Below, in pieces: positions 36,201 to 51,200 of a DNA stretch of 64,000 nt. The notes under the pieces are model-generated. The model saw only the letters and a list, made by a program, of their open reading frames with translations, did not search any database and was not told where the DNA came from. The DNA is taken from contig NC_092389.1 of NCBI RefSeq assembly GCF_030028105.1, positions 13,999,180 to 14,063,179 on the forward strand, written 5' to 3'. How positions within the stretch are numbered: position 1 is the stretch's first letter; every line of letters starts with the position of its first letter. The DNA comes from Mobula birostris (lineage: Eukaryota). The translations under genes and the position numbers were made by a program.

Positions 36201-39200
36201 TACAGCACAATACAGGCCCTTCGGCCCACAAAGTTGTGCCGAACATGTCCCTACCTTAGAAATTATTAGGCTTACCTATAGCCCTCTATTTTACTAAGCT
36301 CCATGAACCTATCGAAAAGTCTCTTAAAAGACCCTATCATATCCGCCTCCACCACTGTAGCTGGCAGCCCATTCCATGCACTCATCACTCTCTGAGTAAA
36401 AAAACTTACCCCTGATATCTCCTCTGTACTTACTCCCCAGCACCTTAGACCTGTGCCCTCTTGTGGCAACCATTTCAGTCCTGGGAAAAGGCCTCTGACT
36501 ATCCACACAATCAATGCCTCTCATCATCTTATACACCTCTATCAGGTCAACTCTCATCCTCCGTCGCTCCAAGGAGAAAAGGCCGAGTTTACTCAACCTG
36601 TTCTCATAAGGCATGCTCTCCAATCCAGGCAACATCCTTGTAAATCTCCTCTGCACCCTTTCTACGGCTTCCACATCCTTCCTGTAGTGAGGCGACCAGA
36701 TCTGAGCACAGTACTCCAAGTGGGGTCTGACCAGGGTCCTATATAGCTGCAACATTACCTCTTGGCTCCTAAATTCAATTCCATGATTAATGAAGGCCAA
36801 TACACTATACGCCTTCTTAACCACAGAGGTGTGGTGTCTGAAGTTGAATAACCTACCAATTCTTGTTGTTTAGGCTGAGATCTAATAACGGTGCCATAAG
36901 CAGCCATATGTTCTGGTACTGAGAATCAGATGTTACAGGAAAAAGTTGCCACGTTGATATTTATTAACCCATCTTTTAATTGCATCTTCAAACTTAATCC
37001 GGTGTATCATTAATCTTGTTTGACTCTATGTTCCAAAGGACCTGAATCGCGAGGTTGTGAAAGCGGACAGTGCAATGACCAAAATCCCTGAACTTGACTT
37101 TGAGATTCCACCATTTACGCAGAAAGGAGGTAAGTGTACCATTAGGTTGTGGTGCCTATAACTAGTTCCAAAACTGAAGTGCAAAAGAATTTGACCACTA
37201 TGATGCCTGACCTTAGTTATTTGTTGGAAGTATCAGGAATGATTGCTTTCGAAAAACGTGAGTTGAAAAACAATCTGCTGGAGAAACTCTGGGTTGAGCA
37301 GCATCTGAGAGGGTAGAGGTATTGTTGAAATCCTGCATCACAATTGAGAGGCTTAATGAAGACAAGATTGCAGAGTTTAGAGTGAAAACATTTGGTTTAT
37401 TAGGATGAAAATCCAATTGAAACTGCTGGTGCTGGAAATCTGAAGTAAAAATAGAAAATGCTGGTCATACTTGTTAAGGGTCTTCACTGTGAAATATATT
37501 GGCTCCATTTCTCATTCCACAGATGCTTTTGACCTGCTGAGAGCTTCCAACATTTTTTTGATTTTGGTTGAAAATGGAATGTAAGGACTGGGGGGCAGGA
37601 TGTGCACTCTCCATGTATTGGGATACTCCTTTGACAGAAACATAAGCTCATGACTAATAAAGTGTAGAGGGTTGTAACTATAATTGGAAGGTATGCTGTG
37701 TAGAGAAGCAGTTCCTATACGTTTACCATGTGTACCTCCTCACTTTCCCACTGGCTCCAGGTCTAGGCACTCAACTTCTGCACATCCCACCACTTGCCAG
37801 TCTCTCCAAAGTTACCTTGCCCCGTCATCTCTGATCTCGTATCCCATCCCCAACAACACACCTGACCTTGACACCTCTCTCTGCTTTCTGACCCCACAAT
37901 TCATCTCAGTTCCAACCCCTGTCATTGTCTTCACCATCTCCCATGACCTCTCACTCTTGATGCTGAGCAGTCAGTGCTCAGCAGAGGCCTCACCATTGTA
38001 CCCTTGCACCCACACTTCATTGAGGGCTAGTCCTGATAGGATGTTGAGCTCTTCTTCCACTGATTTTTTTTCCCTCCTTATTCCGCTTGGGGAGCTGACA
38101 GTTCAATGGCATGAATGTTGAATTCTGCAATCCATACACCCACGTGTTCTTTTCTTACTTCCACCAGTTCACCCTAGCTTTCTCCTTTGTTCACCTTTTC
38201 TGTCCCTCCCTCCTCGTCACCTAGACTCATCACCCTTCTCCACCTGGCTCTATTTGCCCATCAAACCTCTCCCTTCTTCACCCCTACCCCTTCATCTTGT
38301 TCCATCCATCACCTACCATTCTCTCACACCTCCCTCTCCTATATATTGCTGATCTTTTTACACCCTTAGTTCTGTTGCAGGGTCTCTGGGATCCTATACT
38401 TCCAGAGATGCTGCTTGATGCACTGATTCCTTTCATCTTTCTTCTGGCAGTTTATTTTTTTGCTGTACTTTTTCCTCAATTGCTGAATCATCATAAATGA
38501 ATACTATTAGAGAATAGACCACTAGAGTTCATATTTTGCACTGCAGTCTGTGAGCATTGTCCACTGGGGTTAAACAAGACTCCAATTAGACTGTTTACTA
38601 GCATGCCAGGTTCCACAGGCAGTCACAGCTGTTTGAAGCAAAGCAAGCAGATGTTAGCAAATGACAATGGTAAAGGTTTGGAGTATTAGGTTTTAATTCC
38701 TTCTAACAGCAATCATGTGAAAATCTGTTATAAATAAATTGAAGTGGAGTTGTTACTCCTTTTCTAAAGTTGTATGCATATTGTTCAATGTTCCCTGTTC
38801 AGAGGTTATGATTTGCAGTTGGCTATACCAGCCTACAAAATTAAGGACTTTCAAGGATCACATTTGTATGTAGGTTGTGATGAATGTGTAATAGTGACTG
38901 TTGTCTTGAACATATTGATTCACTTTCTAACAAACTGAAAAGCTAGTTCTTACACCAAGCTATTCTTGTTGCTGCAGCTCTTTCTACTATTGAGGGTTTG
39001 ATTGACAGAGCGGTTGGGGGTTTAGAGCAAAACCAGCCTGCAAGGAAGGTAACTGCTTTTGTGTTATGGTTTTTTCTTATTCTTCATGCCTTTGGCCTTT
39101 TCAGAACCAGTTTAAAATCTGAATCCAAGAAACTTGAGTAAAATGAATCTCTGCTTCTCATCTGCTTGATCAAAACTTCCATCATTTGGACAACTAGCTG

Positions 39201-42200
39201 AACATTCACTATTGGCAGAAATAATTTTTTAAAAGTAAAAATTTGGGTTATTGTAGAAGCGTGTGATGCTTGGGAAGGAGGAATGCTGTTTTGAAGCTAT
39301 GGAGAAAAGTTAGTATAAGAAAGACTGCCTTGAGCCTTAATTCCAATTTATGTTGATGCTCAATGAATTATTCATAGGATGAGTGCATAGAGTTCAAGAG
39401 GAGCTAGAATATTTAGGGATTTGGTATTTAGAATAATGTGAATAAATTAGAGATATTGAAGCATTCTGGAAAGAGAATGGGGGCTAGGAATGGGGGGGAG
39501 ATTGACTCTCAAGTAAAAAGCTTGTGGAGTCCCAAGAAACTAGTAATCCAGACTTGGGCCAACTGTAAACGTCCCAACATTTAGACTTGACCTATATTAT
39601 GCAATCTCATTCAAGAATGTGACCTCATGAAATATTTTTTTATCCATGTACCTCTATCAATTGCAGGCAACTGATCCTGTTGTGGCTTCTAAGGTTGAGG
39701 AATTTATTGAGAAACTAAAAAAGCTGAAGGAAGTTGAGACTGCATTCACACTGGTAAATAATTTGCTACCTTCTTGTGATGGACTGCTGATATTCTTTCA
39801 CAGGGAGTCTGTTAGATTCCTCATTTTGCTATTGGGAAATAATTTGATTGCTCCTTTTACATGTAATACAAATAAATCATGGAAGATTATTAGTGATAGC
39901 TATGGCACTATCTGCAGGGCACCGTGTTCTTAAGGAGTGAACTTCTCTGATCACTTAGTTGTAGCAATCCTGCTACAGGTTGAAAGCCTGCTGACTACTG
40001 CATGAACTAATGCACAGGTTTGTTTTGACGCTGATGGTATATTATCCAGATGACTGAGAAACCTGGTGAGGGCAAGAGTTAGTGATAATACAGCAGATGA
40101 TGGATGAAGAAAGGATCTGTGGTGTAGTGTATGATTTTCAGGAAGCATCGATGAAGCACCACACATTTGTTAAAGGTAGAATAGGTGTTAAGATTGAATG
40201 ATTTTAAGTGTGTAGGGTATCCTCTGGGAATCTGTTTGCTGTTTACATTCATCATTTAGTTGCAGAGCTGAAGACAGTGGTCTAAATTTGGCATTTTAGT
40301 ATATTACGTAGCTGGGTATCCTGTCTTATATAAAAAATGAGTTCAATCTGGACAGTTACCATGTTATGTTTTCAACTAACAGAAAAATGGGGGGGATTAT
40401 TAAAAAAGTTACAATGCTAATGAGCGGTGTTGATGCTCAATTGGTGTTTTGCTGGAACCACTTGGCTCCAGAGGTGACTACAGTCTTGCTCCAAAAACAA
40501 AAACTCCCGAATTCCAGAAGTGATGAGAAATGGCTCTTGATGTCAACAGTATTTGACCAAGTGTGATACTGAGGAATGCTCATAAAATCGAATCAGTCGA
40601 GCACCAAAATCCTGAGTGTGCCAGGTTAATTGAATTTTACTGTATATTTAAATCCTGCAGATGGAAAAAGTCTTAAAACATTTGGTGCCACTGATTTTTG
40701 TTGGAAATTGGGTTGATTTGGTATATTGATAAGAGGATAGGAGATGGTTTTTAGAAGTAGACACTTCATGTGCTTAAGGACTGTAATCACTAATCTTCCA
40801 TATTTAATTTGGGATATAGCACAGTAATTTATCTTAATGGTGACAGTGGAATGCATTATTAAAGATTGTGATTGAAAGTCGGGCGGTATTACCGTAGCTG
40901 GTTGAAGATCAGAATGAATAAGAAAGATGTAGATTGCAGTGCAACATGTGATAAACACCAACAATAACAGATTTTCTGTTACATTTACTCTATTGTTATG
41001 CTGTACAGGTTATTGACGATCCATCTGGAAACAGCTTCGTTGAAAATCCATATGCCCCTCAGAAAGATGAAGCCTTAATGATTACTCATTACAAGCGAAA
41101 TGCTAAACAGGACAGAATGTTGGGTTTGCAGGTAGGCACATTGCCACAGGTGTGTGAGTTAAATTGTTAGGGTCTGTTTAATCACTATATGGAATAGTCA
41201 TTTTAAATCTTTACTCTGTTTGGGGGACTGGAAGTGGGCAATAATTGGTGACCTTCCAAATGATACCACATCCCAGTAATCCTAGTAAAATTAATTCAAG
41301 AAAACTTGGGCAATTATTTAAAGGAATACTTATAGCAGCAAAAATAACACACAATAGAAGAAAATTTGATTGACCAATCTGACTGAAAAGATTTTTGTGA
41401 CAGTTCTCAAATTTAATTCTCAGATTTCTATTAGAACAGTTAAACTTGGGCTCATTATGGAAGGGTCCTTCAGCTGCACTGGGTTTGGCTGAAAATATTG
41501 AAAAATGTCTGTACATTAATGAAGCTCCAGCCTGAAAGTTCACTGATGGATTTCTGCCTATGTATATCATTCATGATACTTGCCCATCTTTTCCCAATTT
41601 TTAAATGAATAAATAGAAAGCATTGTATCCCAAGTATAATGTATAATGTGTGAGAAATGTAATGCAAGCATCAAATTACAGAAGGAGACAAGGATACACA
41701 CTAATAGATAACTAAAAATCTTAATTACACAGATGACACTCAGATTTGTATGTGTCATCAAGTGACTATGGTCCCACTAATCACTATAAAAAAAACTATT
41801 GAACAAATCACTGATTGGATGAGCCAAAATTTCCTCCAGTTAAACAAAGAAAAAACTGGAATAATTTTTTTTGGTGTCAAAGAAGAACAATTAAGTCAGT
41901 GCTTACTTAGAATCCCTGTCATTATAGACCACAAACTAAGCCAGAAACCTTAGTGTTGGGATGAACTCTGACTTGAATTTTAACTGCTACATTAAGACAA
42001 TTGTAAAGTCAGCCTACTACCATCTTAAAAATATAGCAAGAGTTAAAGGGCTTATGTCTCAGCAAGATCTAGAAAAATACATCCATACATTTATTTTTAG
42101 TAGGCTTGACTACTGTAATGGCATTTTCACGGGTCTCTGTAAAAAGTCCATTAGACAGCTGGAGCTCATTCAGAACGCTGCTGCTAGAGTTCTCATTAAG

Positions 42201-45200
42201 ACCCAAGAAAGTAGAACATATCATTCCAGTTTTCACTTTGCTATACTGGCTTCCTGTCTATCAGGTGATTGACTTTTTAAAATGTTACTACTGGTTTGTA
42301 AAGCACTTAATGGTCTAGGGCCAAAATATATCTCTGATCTCTTGCTGCATTATGAATCTTCCTGAGCTCTCAGGTCATCTAGGGCAGGTCTGCTTACCAT
42401 CCCCAGGGTCAAAACTAAACATGGTGAAGCAGCTTTCAGTACTATGCTCCATATATCTGGAATAATCTTCCAGAGGATCTGAAATCTGCCCCAACTTTAA
42501 GCTCCCTTAAATTGAGGCTTAAAACTTTTCTTTTTGGTGTAGCTTTTAATTAGAATTTCCTGCACTGTAACTTCTATTTATCCTACTTTCTGTGCGATTT
42601 TATTCTCCTATATATTCTGAAATTTGATGCTTGATTTTTATATCTTGTTCTATGTAAAGCACTTTGAACTGCCTTGTGTTTGGAAAGTACTATACAAATA
42701 AGCTCGCCTGCTAAAAATCTCATGAGCAGGAACATAAAAGTAGTAGAGGGATTTACTAGAAAACAGTTACGTCACTAGTATTGCAAAGTTTAGTTAAAAC
42801 ATTCCCATGCTGCATACATTTCATGGTTTTAACAAATGATGGAGTAGCTTCAAATGGCCAGATGGCCTTTTCCTGCTCCTATTTCCATGATTCTGTTGGC
42901 TATTATGTCATCATAATTTTGATTAAAATAAAAACTCTACAGAATTTGATTCATAAATTTCACAGTAATAAGTATAAAACAAGAATGTCAATCAGTCCAT
43001 TGAACCTGTTCCACCATTCAGTGAAAGCACAGATAGTCTGAGAACCAAATACATTCACCTGGCTTTATCCCATTTGCTGATTTCATAGATTAAGTATGAA
43101 GTACTGATTATAGTTAGTTTCAGTCTGTTGGCTTGAACTTGTGGGACTAATGGCAGTGCAATGGCTTTGAAAAAGATGGGTTTTTTTCTGTGGGCCTTGG
43201 GGTCAGAGATGAATTTCCAAAGCTGTTTGTTGAGGGACTTGAACAGAGGCCAGATGAAACTTCCTCTTGTTGGGGAAGTCAACCTGGACTAAATTTTTAA
43301 TTGCTTGGCAGTCAGTTTGAGTGGGACCATTGAGCACCGTAGCTTGGTGATGCAGTTGAACTGGAGCAACTCATGAAAAATAAACACAACAAAAATGAAG
43401 CCTGGTTTTCTAGGATTTTTTAAAATTTGGTTTGATCTCCTTCCAGGAATGGATACAGGAGGAGACTGAAAATATCCAAGAAGATTTGAGGAATGAAGTA
43501 AGTATGTTTGTGAAGACTTCAAAATAAGAACAATCTGACCTGTTAAACTAATAATTTTCTTGTATTGGAAATTTCCCACTATCCCCATGAGACATGAATG
43601 ACTTGGTTTATTACAGATTGGCTCTAAAAATGGGGATTGATATCCAAAAATTTCTTGTTCCTTTCAGCTGATACGTTGGTGTGGTGCTTCTTGTACTCTG
43701 GAGTTCGATCTATCCCCTGTACATATACCTAATTCTTTGTTAATAAGAGTTTAGAAATTAAGTTTCCAGTCCCTGAAACTGTAATTGAACTACCAACAAA
43801 AATACTGCCCAGAGAAGCAGGTTAGTGATTGGGCATTCTTCAGTGAATTTTCGTTCAAATCTGAAGGCACAGACTCAAGAGCATAATGGAATAAATTAGA
43901 ATTACATGTTCTGCAACTAGAAAGTCAAACAAAACAACTTGGATGATTGCTGTTACTATTTACTGCAAAGCTCAGCAAGGCTGCTTTGTCCATCCCTCTG
44001 AAACCAATGTGTTATACAAGTGAAAAACGAGTGCAGAAACCACATTGTGTATCGGTGCCATTGATGACATGCAGTACCTTGACTCGAAAGTATTTTCCGG
44101 CATCAAGGTCAAACATATGAAATTCCTTGAGTCATGGTCCTCAATGTACAAGGGATGTCATGGTAGTGTAGTAGTTAGCGCAGCGATTGGGGTTGAATCC
44201 ATGCTGCTGTCTAAGGAGTTTGTACATTCCCCCTGTGACCATGTAATTTTCCTCCGGGTGCTTTGGCACATTCCAAAGATGCACAGATTAGGGTTAGTAA
44301 GTGTGGGCATGCTGTGTTGGTGCTGGAAGCATGTTAATACTTGCAGTCTTCCCCCAGCACAGTCCTTAGACTGTGTTGGTCATTGATGCCAACGATGCAT
44401 TTCACTGTATTTTTGATGTACATATGAAGCTAATACTTTTATATTTTTTTATTCAAGGGCAGTAACAGTTGTGCGAAGGAAATAAAATCCATTGTGAAAG
44501 ACTGAAAGAATCCAAAATCCTGATGGTCCTGAGACCACAGTATAAGCCACTTGTCAATTTGTAATTGTTGACACACTGCTATAAAAATGTGCTATAAATA
44601 AATGAGGCAAATGTTAGGAGTGAATTGACATTTTTGTTTTAGCTTTGTCTTTGCTAACTAGATGTGGAATGTGTGATCTTCATACTGAAATGGACTGCTC
44701 AACCATCATCAGAAGAAATTATGAAGTAGTCTTTTGGCAGAGGTAAAGAAGGGAAATTACATTGTTAAATTAAGACATTTTTACTTTTTCATATAGGTGC
44801 TGCAATTTCCTACCAACTGCCCAGAATGTAATGCGCCTGCTGAAACAAATATGAAGCTAGTACGTATCCTTTAACAGATAGAGGAAGCCGAGCTTTTTGG
44901 ATTACGTGCTTCATCAAGAATTCCTTTGACATTTTCTGTCATCTACTTATTGCAGTTGATGAGTGGTGTCAGCGCCTTTGTTTCTTGTTTTCTCCCAGAA
45001 CTTTGCTTCAGGACCATTCTTTACACAAACTGAGACTATTTGAAAGTATCGATTTGAGACACATCTTTTCTGCACACTTCCATTGTTTGCTGGCATTTAC
45101 AATATTTGTGAGCACAGGTCTGTGATTAAAATATAGACAGATAGACATGGTAGTGAACACAGGTGTATGTCCACTGAACAGCTATGTTTGTTTTATAGTG

Positions 45201-48200
45201 AGAAATTATTTCTGTTTTTGAAAGGCCTGAAATGCTTCAGGAAATTACTTCTAACAGCCACTTTGAATATCTGCAGTAGCTTCAAATATGGGCAGATATC
45301 CAAGGAGAGTAATCGGCAGACTGTATGTTATGTTGTATTTTTCATTTATTTAATATCATTCCATTCAAAGGCCAAATGGTTGAACTTGTCAAGGTGCTAC
45401 CAGTAACAAACCAAATGCATAGCCTAACCCTGATTGCTGGAAAACTGTAACTAATCCTCAATGGCAATCAGGTGGTGGTGTTGGTATTTGGAATGATGAG
45501 CAAGGCATAACTTTGGCAAAGAAAAATTATTTACCATTGTTTTGGGGGTGTATACCAATTGTACATCATGATTAATGAGACTCAGTAAGTACGGCATAAA
45601 GGAAATTCAGTCTAAGATTCATCTGGTTTCTGTTGTTCATTTACTCATTCCTTATTTGTTAAAGTAAATAACAAAAATGTCCAGAGATAAATTATACATC
45701 GTTGTATAATATGCTTTGACTTAATTTGAAATATCATTGGGAGGGGAGAAATGAGGCCTGTTTAAAGATTGAATCATTTGAATGCATTGGAAATAATGCA
45801 ACAGTCTGGAACCACTTGAAATCGCCTTGGATCACCTGGACAATATTAATACTTGCGTCAGGCTGCTGTTTGTTGACTACAGCTCAAGGTTTAACACAAT
45901 CATTACTACAGTTCTGATCAAAAAGCTCCAAAACCTGGGCCTTTGTACCTCCCTCTGCAACTGGATCCTCAACTTCCTCACTGGAAAACCACAGCCTGTG
46001 TAGATCAGAAATAACATCTCCACATTGCTGATAATGAACACTGGATGTTAGCCCACTGCTGTACTCTCCAGATCCATGACTGTGGCTAGACACAGCTCAA
46101 ATGCTGTCTATAAATTTGCTGATGGCACATCCATTGTTGGCAGAATTTCAGATGGTGATAAGGAGTAGTACAGGAACAAGAGAGTTTAGTTGGTTGTGTG
46201 GTGTCACAGCAGCAACCTTGCACTCAACGTCAGTAAGACCAAAGAATTGATTGTGGACTTCAGAACGGTAAGACGAGGGAACATGCGCCAGTCCTCATAG
46301 AGGGATTGGTAGTGGAGAGAGTGAGCTATTTCAAGTTCCTGGATGTCAGTATATCTGAGGATCTGTCCTGGACCTAACATAATGATGCAGTTACAAAGAA
46401 GGTACAACAGTGGCTATATTTCATTCATAGTTTGAGGAGATCTGATATGTCACCAAAGAAATGTGCAAATATCTACAGATGTACTGTGGAGAGCATTCTG
46501 CATCAACAGCCAGTATGGGGGAGGGGAAGGCACTGCGCAGGGTTGAAAGAAGCTGCAGAAAGTTGTGAACTCAGTCAACTCCATCGTGAGCACTAGCCTT
46601 TCCAACACTCAGGACATTTTCAAGTACCTCAAGAATGTGGCATCCATTACTAAGGACCCCCGTCATGCAGGACGTGCTACCATTATGAACGAGGTGCAGG
46701 AGCCTGAAGGCATACACTCGATGATTCAGGAACAGCTTCTTCCCCTCTGCCATCAGGTTTCTGAATGGACAGTGAACCGATGAACACTACCTCACTACTT
46801 TTTAAAAATTTCTATTTTTGCACTATTTAATTTAACTTTTTTAATATATATTTTAATTTAGTTTTTCATTATGTATTGCAGTTTATTGGTGCTGCATAAC
46901 AAGTTTCACACCAGTGATATTAAACTGGATTCTGAAATCAGTCAGTATGAGAAATAGTAAAGATGGGTTAATCTTTAAAAGGTGAACATTTGAAAGTATG
47001 TTTATCAAAGAAGAATTCAGTTTGTCCCACATTATCAAGAACTGAGAGTTCTCTTTTTAAGGTGCTTGATCTTTGGAAGAAGATGGTTATTGGTCACAGC
47101 ACTTTCACATTTTTGATGTATTTAAGATCAGCTGAAAAGTAATGTCTGCATGCTTGGTTGGATTTGTAATGGCTTAGCTATTCATGCATCAAACCTGTTG
47201 TAGCCTACAGCAAAAGGGAGAGCACCAGTAATCAGCTTTACCTCCCAAATACTTTTGATTTTGTCAGAAACAGATCTTCAAAATTCACCTGTCAGTATTT
47301 CAAATATATACATAGTAGGAATGAATTACTTCAATATTTTGTCACAATCTGTGGAAGGAGTCTTGTAGTACCAGCATGGCACACCCCCTGTTTGTCTTGT
47401 AGTCCCCTAATCTGAGGAAAGACATCCTTGTCGTAGAGGGAGTACAAAGAAGGTTCACCAGATTGAATCCTAGGATGGCAGGACTTTCATATGATGAAAG
47501 ACTGGACTAAGCTTATATTTGTTGGAATTTAGAAGATTGAGGGGGGATCTTATTGAAACATATAAAATCCTAAAGGATTGGACAGGCTAGATGCAGGAAG
47601 ATTGTTCCCGATGTTGGGGAAGTCCAGAACGAGGGGTCACAGTTTGAGGATAAAGGGGAAGCCTTTTAGGACCGAGATTAGGAAAAACTTCTTCACACAG
47701 AGAGTGGTGAATCTGTGGAATTCTCTGCCACAGGAAACAGTTGAGGCCAGTTCATTGGCTATATTTAAGGGGGAGTTAGATATGGCCCTTGTGGCAAAAG
47801 GGATCAGGGGGTATGGAGGGAAGGCAGGTACAGGGTTCTGAGTTGGATGATCAGCCATGATCATACTGAATGGCGGTGCAGGCTCGAAGGGCCGAATGGC
47901 CTACTCCACCTATTTTCTATGTTTCTACGTCACATCGTACTGGGTTTGGAATAAAGTCCTAATCTGGAGTCTGGTCAGTGGCTTCCTTTACCAAAAGCTT
48001 CCAGAGATCCCACACTTCAAGGAAGTGATAATCATGGCAACAAACTGCGAAGCATGTGGACATCGGACCAATGAGGTAATTATGTTGGTTGGAATAATAT
48101 TTTTAAAAAACTTTCAGTTTGGAGAATAGTGTTATAATGACATTAATAAGTGAAGATTTATTTTCCCCAGTCTTGTTTATTGTTTTGTGATGAAATTGGC

Positions 48201-51200
48201 TTCCTTTTTATTTTTCCTCTCCAAAAGCCAATCCACAGTCAAGTGGAGATTAGTGATTTTGCTTATGGCTTCTGATAAAGCAGGTCTGGACTAAATCATT
48301 AAGGATTATTATGGGTGCCTGTTCTTTCACCATCCATACACTTATACTTTTAAATTTGAGGGAGTTACAGTTTTGCATGTTCAATGATGAAACTATAATA
48401 AAAATACACTTCCTTTATCCTGGACCTGTATATGACTCCAATGTTATCCTTGCACAAGTGCAGTTCCAAGAGCAACTATCAAAATGTATCAGACCACAAA
48501 ATGGATATTGAGTAGTATTATAGATTATTAGCATGTGGGCAAAAGCTGTCAAGGACGGCTGATGTTCTGGTCCTATAAGCTAGAATGAGTAAGATTCAGT
48601 TTATCTTGTGGATGCCAGGTGGGTTGATACAAGTGTTTTTTTTTATATATATGTCTTTTGGTTAAAAGGTGAGGAAAAACTGATTACCTTCTGCATATTG
48701 TGACTTGTGTTACAATACTTGCACCCATTATTCATTGTGTTGCTCATTTTAGTAAATAGCCTGAACAACCAAAGTTGTACAGCCTCATTTATTGTAATAT
48801 TTTCTTAATCATAGGTAAAGTCAGGAGGAGCTACTGAGCCTTTGGGTACAAAAATTACTCTCTGGATTACAGACCCCTCTGACATGACCAGGGACCTGCT
48901 CAAGGTACAGCCTCATCTTAGTACTACTGGTTAGAGTAGAGTACTTAGACAATGAGATTTTATGTCGCATAGTCAACATTCCTGCATTTGATTGTAACCT
49001 GGTTTATGGTGTTACACTTGCGGTTGATATGAATGCAGAAACTTTCGTAAATGATATTAGCAAATGACCTGTGCTTTTAGTGGCCATGCTTTTAATTATA
49101 TCGTGGTGTTTTGTTTTTTTTTTTGCAGTCTGAAACCTGCTCTGTTGCTATTCCAGAGCTGGAATTTGAACTTGGAATGGGAATCCTTGGAGGAAAGTTC
49201 ACAACCTTGGAAGGGCTGCTGGCAGATGTAAAAGAATTGGTAAAAAATGTTTTTGTAATCTTACCAACAGTCAGGTGCAAAGTGCTAAGATGTGTAACAA
49301 CACAAGTTATTGTTGGTCCTTGTACTGCATCATTTGAGGAAGGAAAAAAAAATCAATTTTTTTTTGCTTTTGCTCTTCCCCTCATACAGTTCCAAAAGAA
49401 AATTAGGAGTGTAATCAAAAATGGAAAGTAAAAAAATTAATGGGAAGCAACAGCAGGAAAGATGTTTTCACTGAGAAATGTTTGGAATTTATGAAACAAA
49501 GTACTACAGGAACTTATAAAATGTAGAAATTTTCAGAAGCATATAGTAGAAGCAATGTTGGTTCTGATTTTATGGTCTATTTAAAACATCAAATAGCATT
49601 GTATTTCTAGTTTTTTATTATTTTCCAATTGTTGTTTCTGCCGTGTTCCTTTTTAAAATTGTAATAGTGGGTTGATCATTAAGCCAGATAATTTTTTTTC
49701 TTGTGATGTTGGGTTGCCCTTATATTGGTCAACTGATATTTCTCAAATTGATTTCAGTTTTAAGCTTCAGAATGCAAACTCAGAATGTGATAAGATTGTC
49801 TAGTATTTGTATTAGAAGGCTGCAATGTCAAGGTCTTGGCTTTAAAAAAACTGATTACCTCATCTAAATGAAGCAGTAGAACTGTTAAAAATCTTATATT
49901 TGAGTATGCCTTGGGTTTGAATTAGTTATACAAAATGGAAACAGGCCATTTGGTCCAACTTGTCCATTATGACCAATGTGCCTGCCTGAGCTAGTCCCAT
50001 TTGGCTTCATTTCTTTATCATTCCTATCCATTTACCATCCCAGTGCCTTCTAAATGTTGTAAATGTACCTGCCTCTCCCACTTCCTCTGGCAATTTGTTC
50101 TATACTGTATACCTACTTCCCAGTGTGTAGGAGAATCTTGCCCTTCAGCTCCCTTTAAATGTCCCTCTCCCCCTCAACTTAAACTAGTGCCCTTTAGATT
50201 CTGGGGGAAAAAAGACTGACCATTCACCTCATCCACACCCTTTATTTACTGTAAGTTCATGTTCAGTTATCAGAAGCAGTATTATGAATACTTAAATGAT
50301 AGCAGAAAAGCAGTCTGTTCACAGACGTCTGTTGGAGGTGTTTTAACACTTTTGACACGCAATGCAATCTTTTGGTGGGAGAGGAAACTAGAACATTAGG
50401 ATTCTAGCACTCTTGCATGATTGGTAATGAAGCACTGACCGATTAAGGCATTGATCAGCAAGAACATGGGAGCAAATGGAAAAGCTGTAAGTTAATGTGT
50501 GAATTATTTTCTGTTTTATTAGCAACTAATATAATTTTTGATCGCTGAAACGCTGAATAAAGACTTTTCTCCTTTGTTAGATTGTGACAAAGAACCCATT
50601 TTTTATTGGAGACAGCAATGATCCTGAAAGATCTGCAAAACTTAAAGAATTTGCATCCAAGTTGGATGAGGTAAAAAAGTTCTTGATTACTAAATTTTGT
50701 ATTTTCAAACAAAGATCATTTTTCAAGTAAACTAATGGTGTAGGTATCCAATTTTGTGTAATTGGAATAGGCTTCATAACAGAATTTCACTATAAAATTG
50801 CATTTTATTTGATGTTAGTAATGCTTCACTGCATCTTGATGTGAGCGGTATTTTGGGTACACTGACTACACTGAAAACTGTTATCACACTGAAGTCCAAT
50901 GATTGCTTTGCCTAAAAATAATGTTTTATAATGTGGAGTAACTGTGGTGACCTAAAAGTTTGCACTTTTCCTCATGGTTGGACTTGATGTAAACTATGTT
51001 CCTAATACTAGCAATATAATGTGTACAAGACTTGCTGTTCTTGGACAATGGATAGCCAAGCAAAGCACATCTTGAAGTGAGAGAATCTGGTAGCTGTAGC
51101 TGCGTACAAAGAAACCCTCTGTAGGCTAAATACATTTTTTTGGACCATTTTGATAAATGTGCTTTCATTAAACATGCCACAGAATTAAGACTTTAATTTT

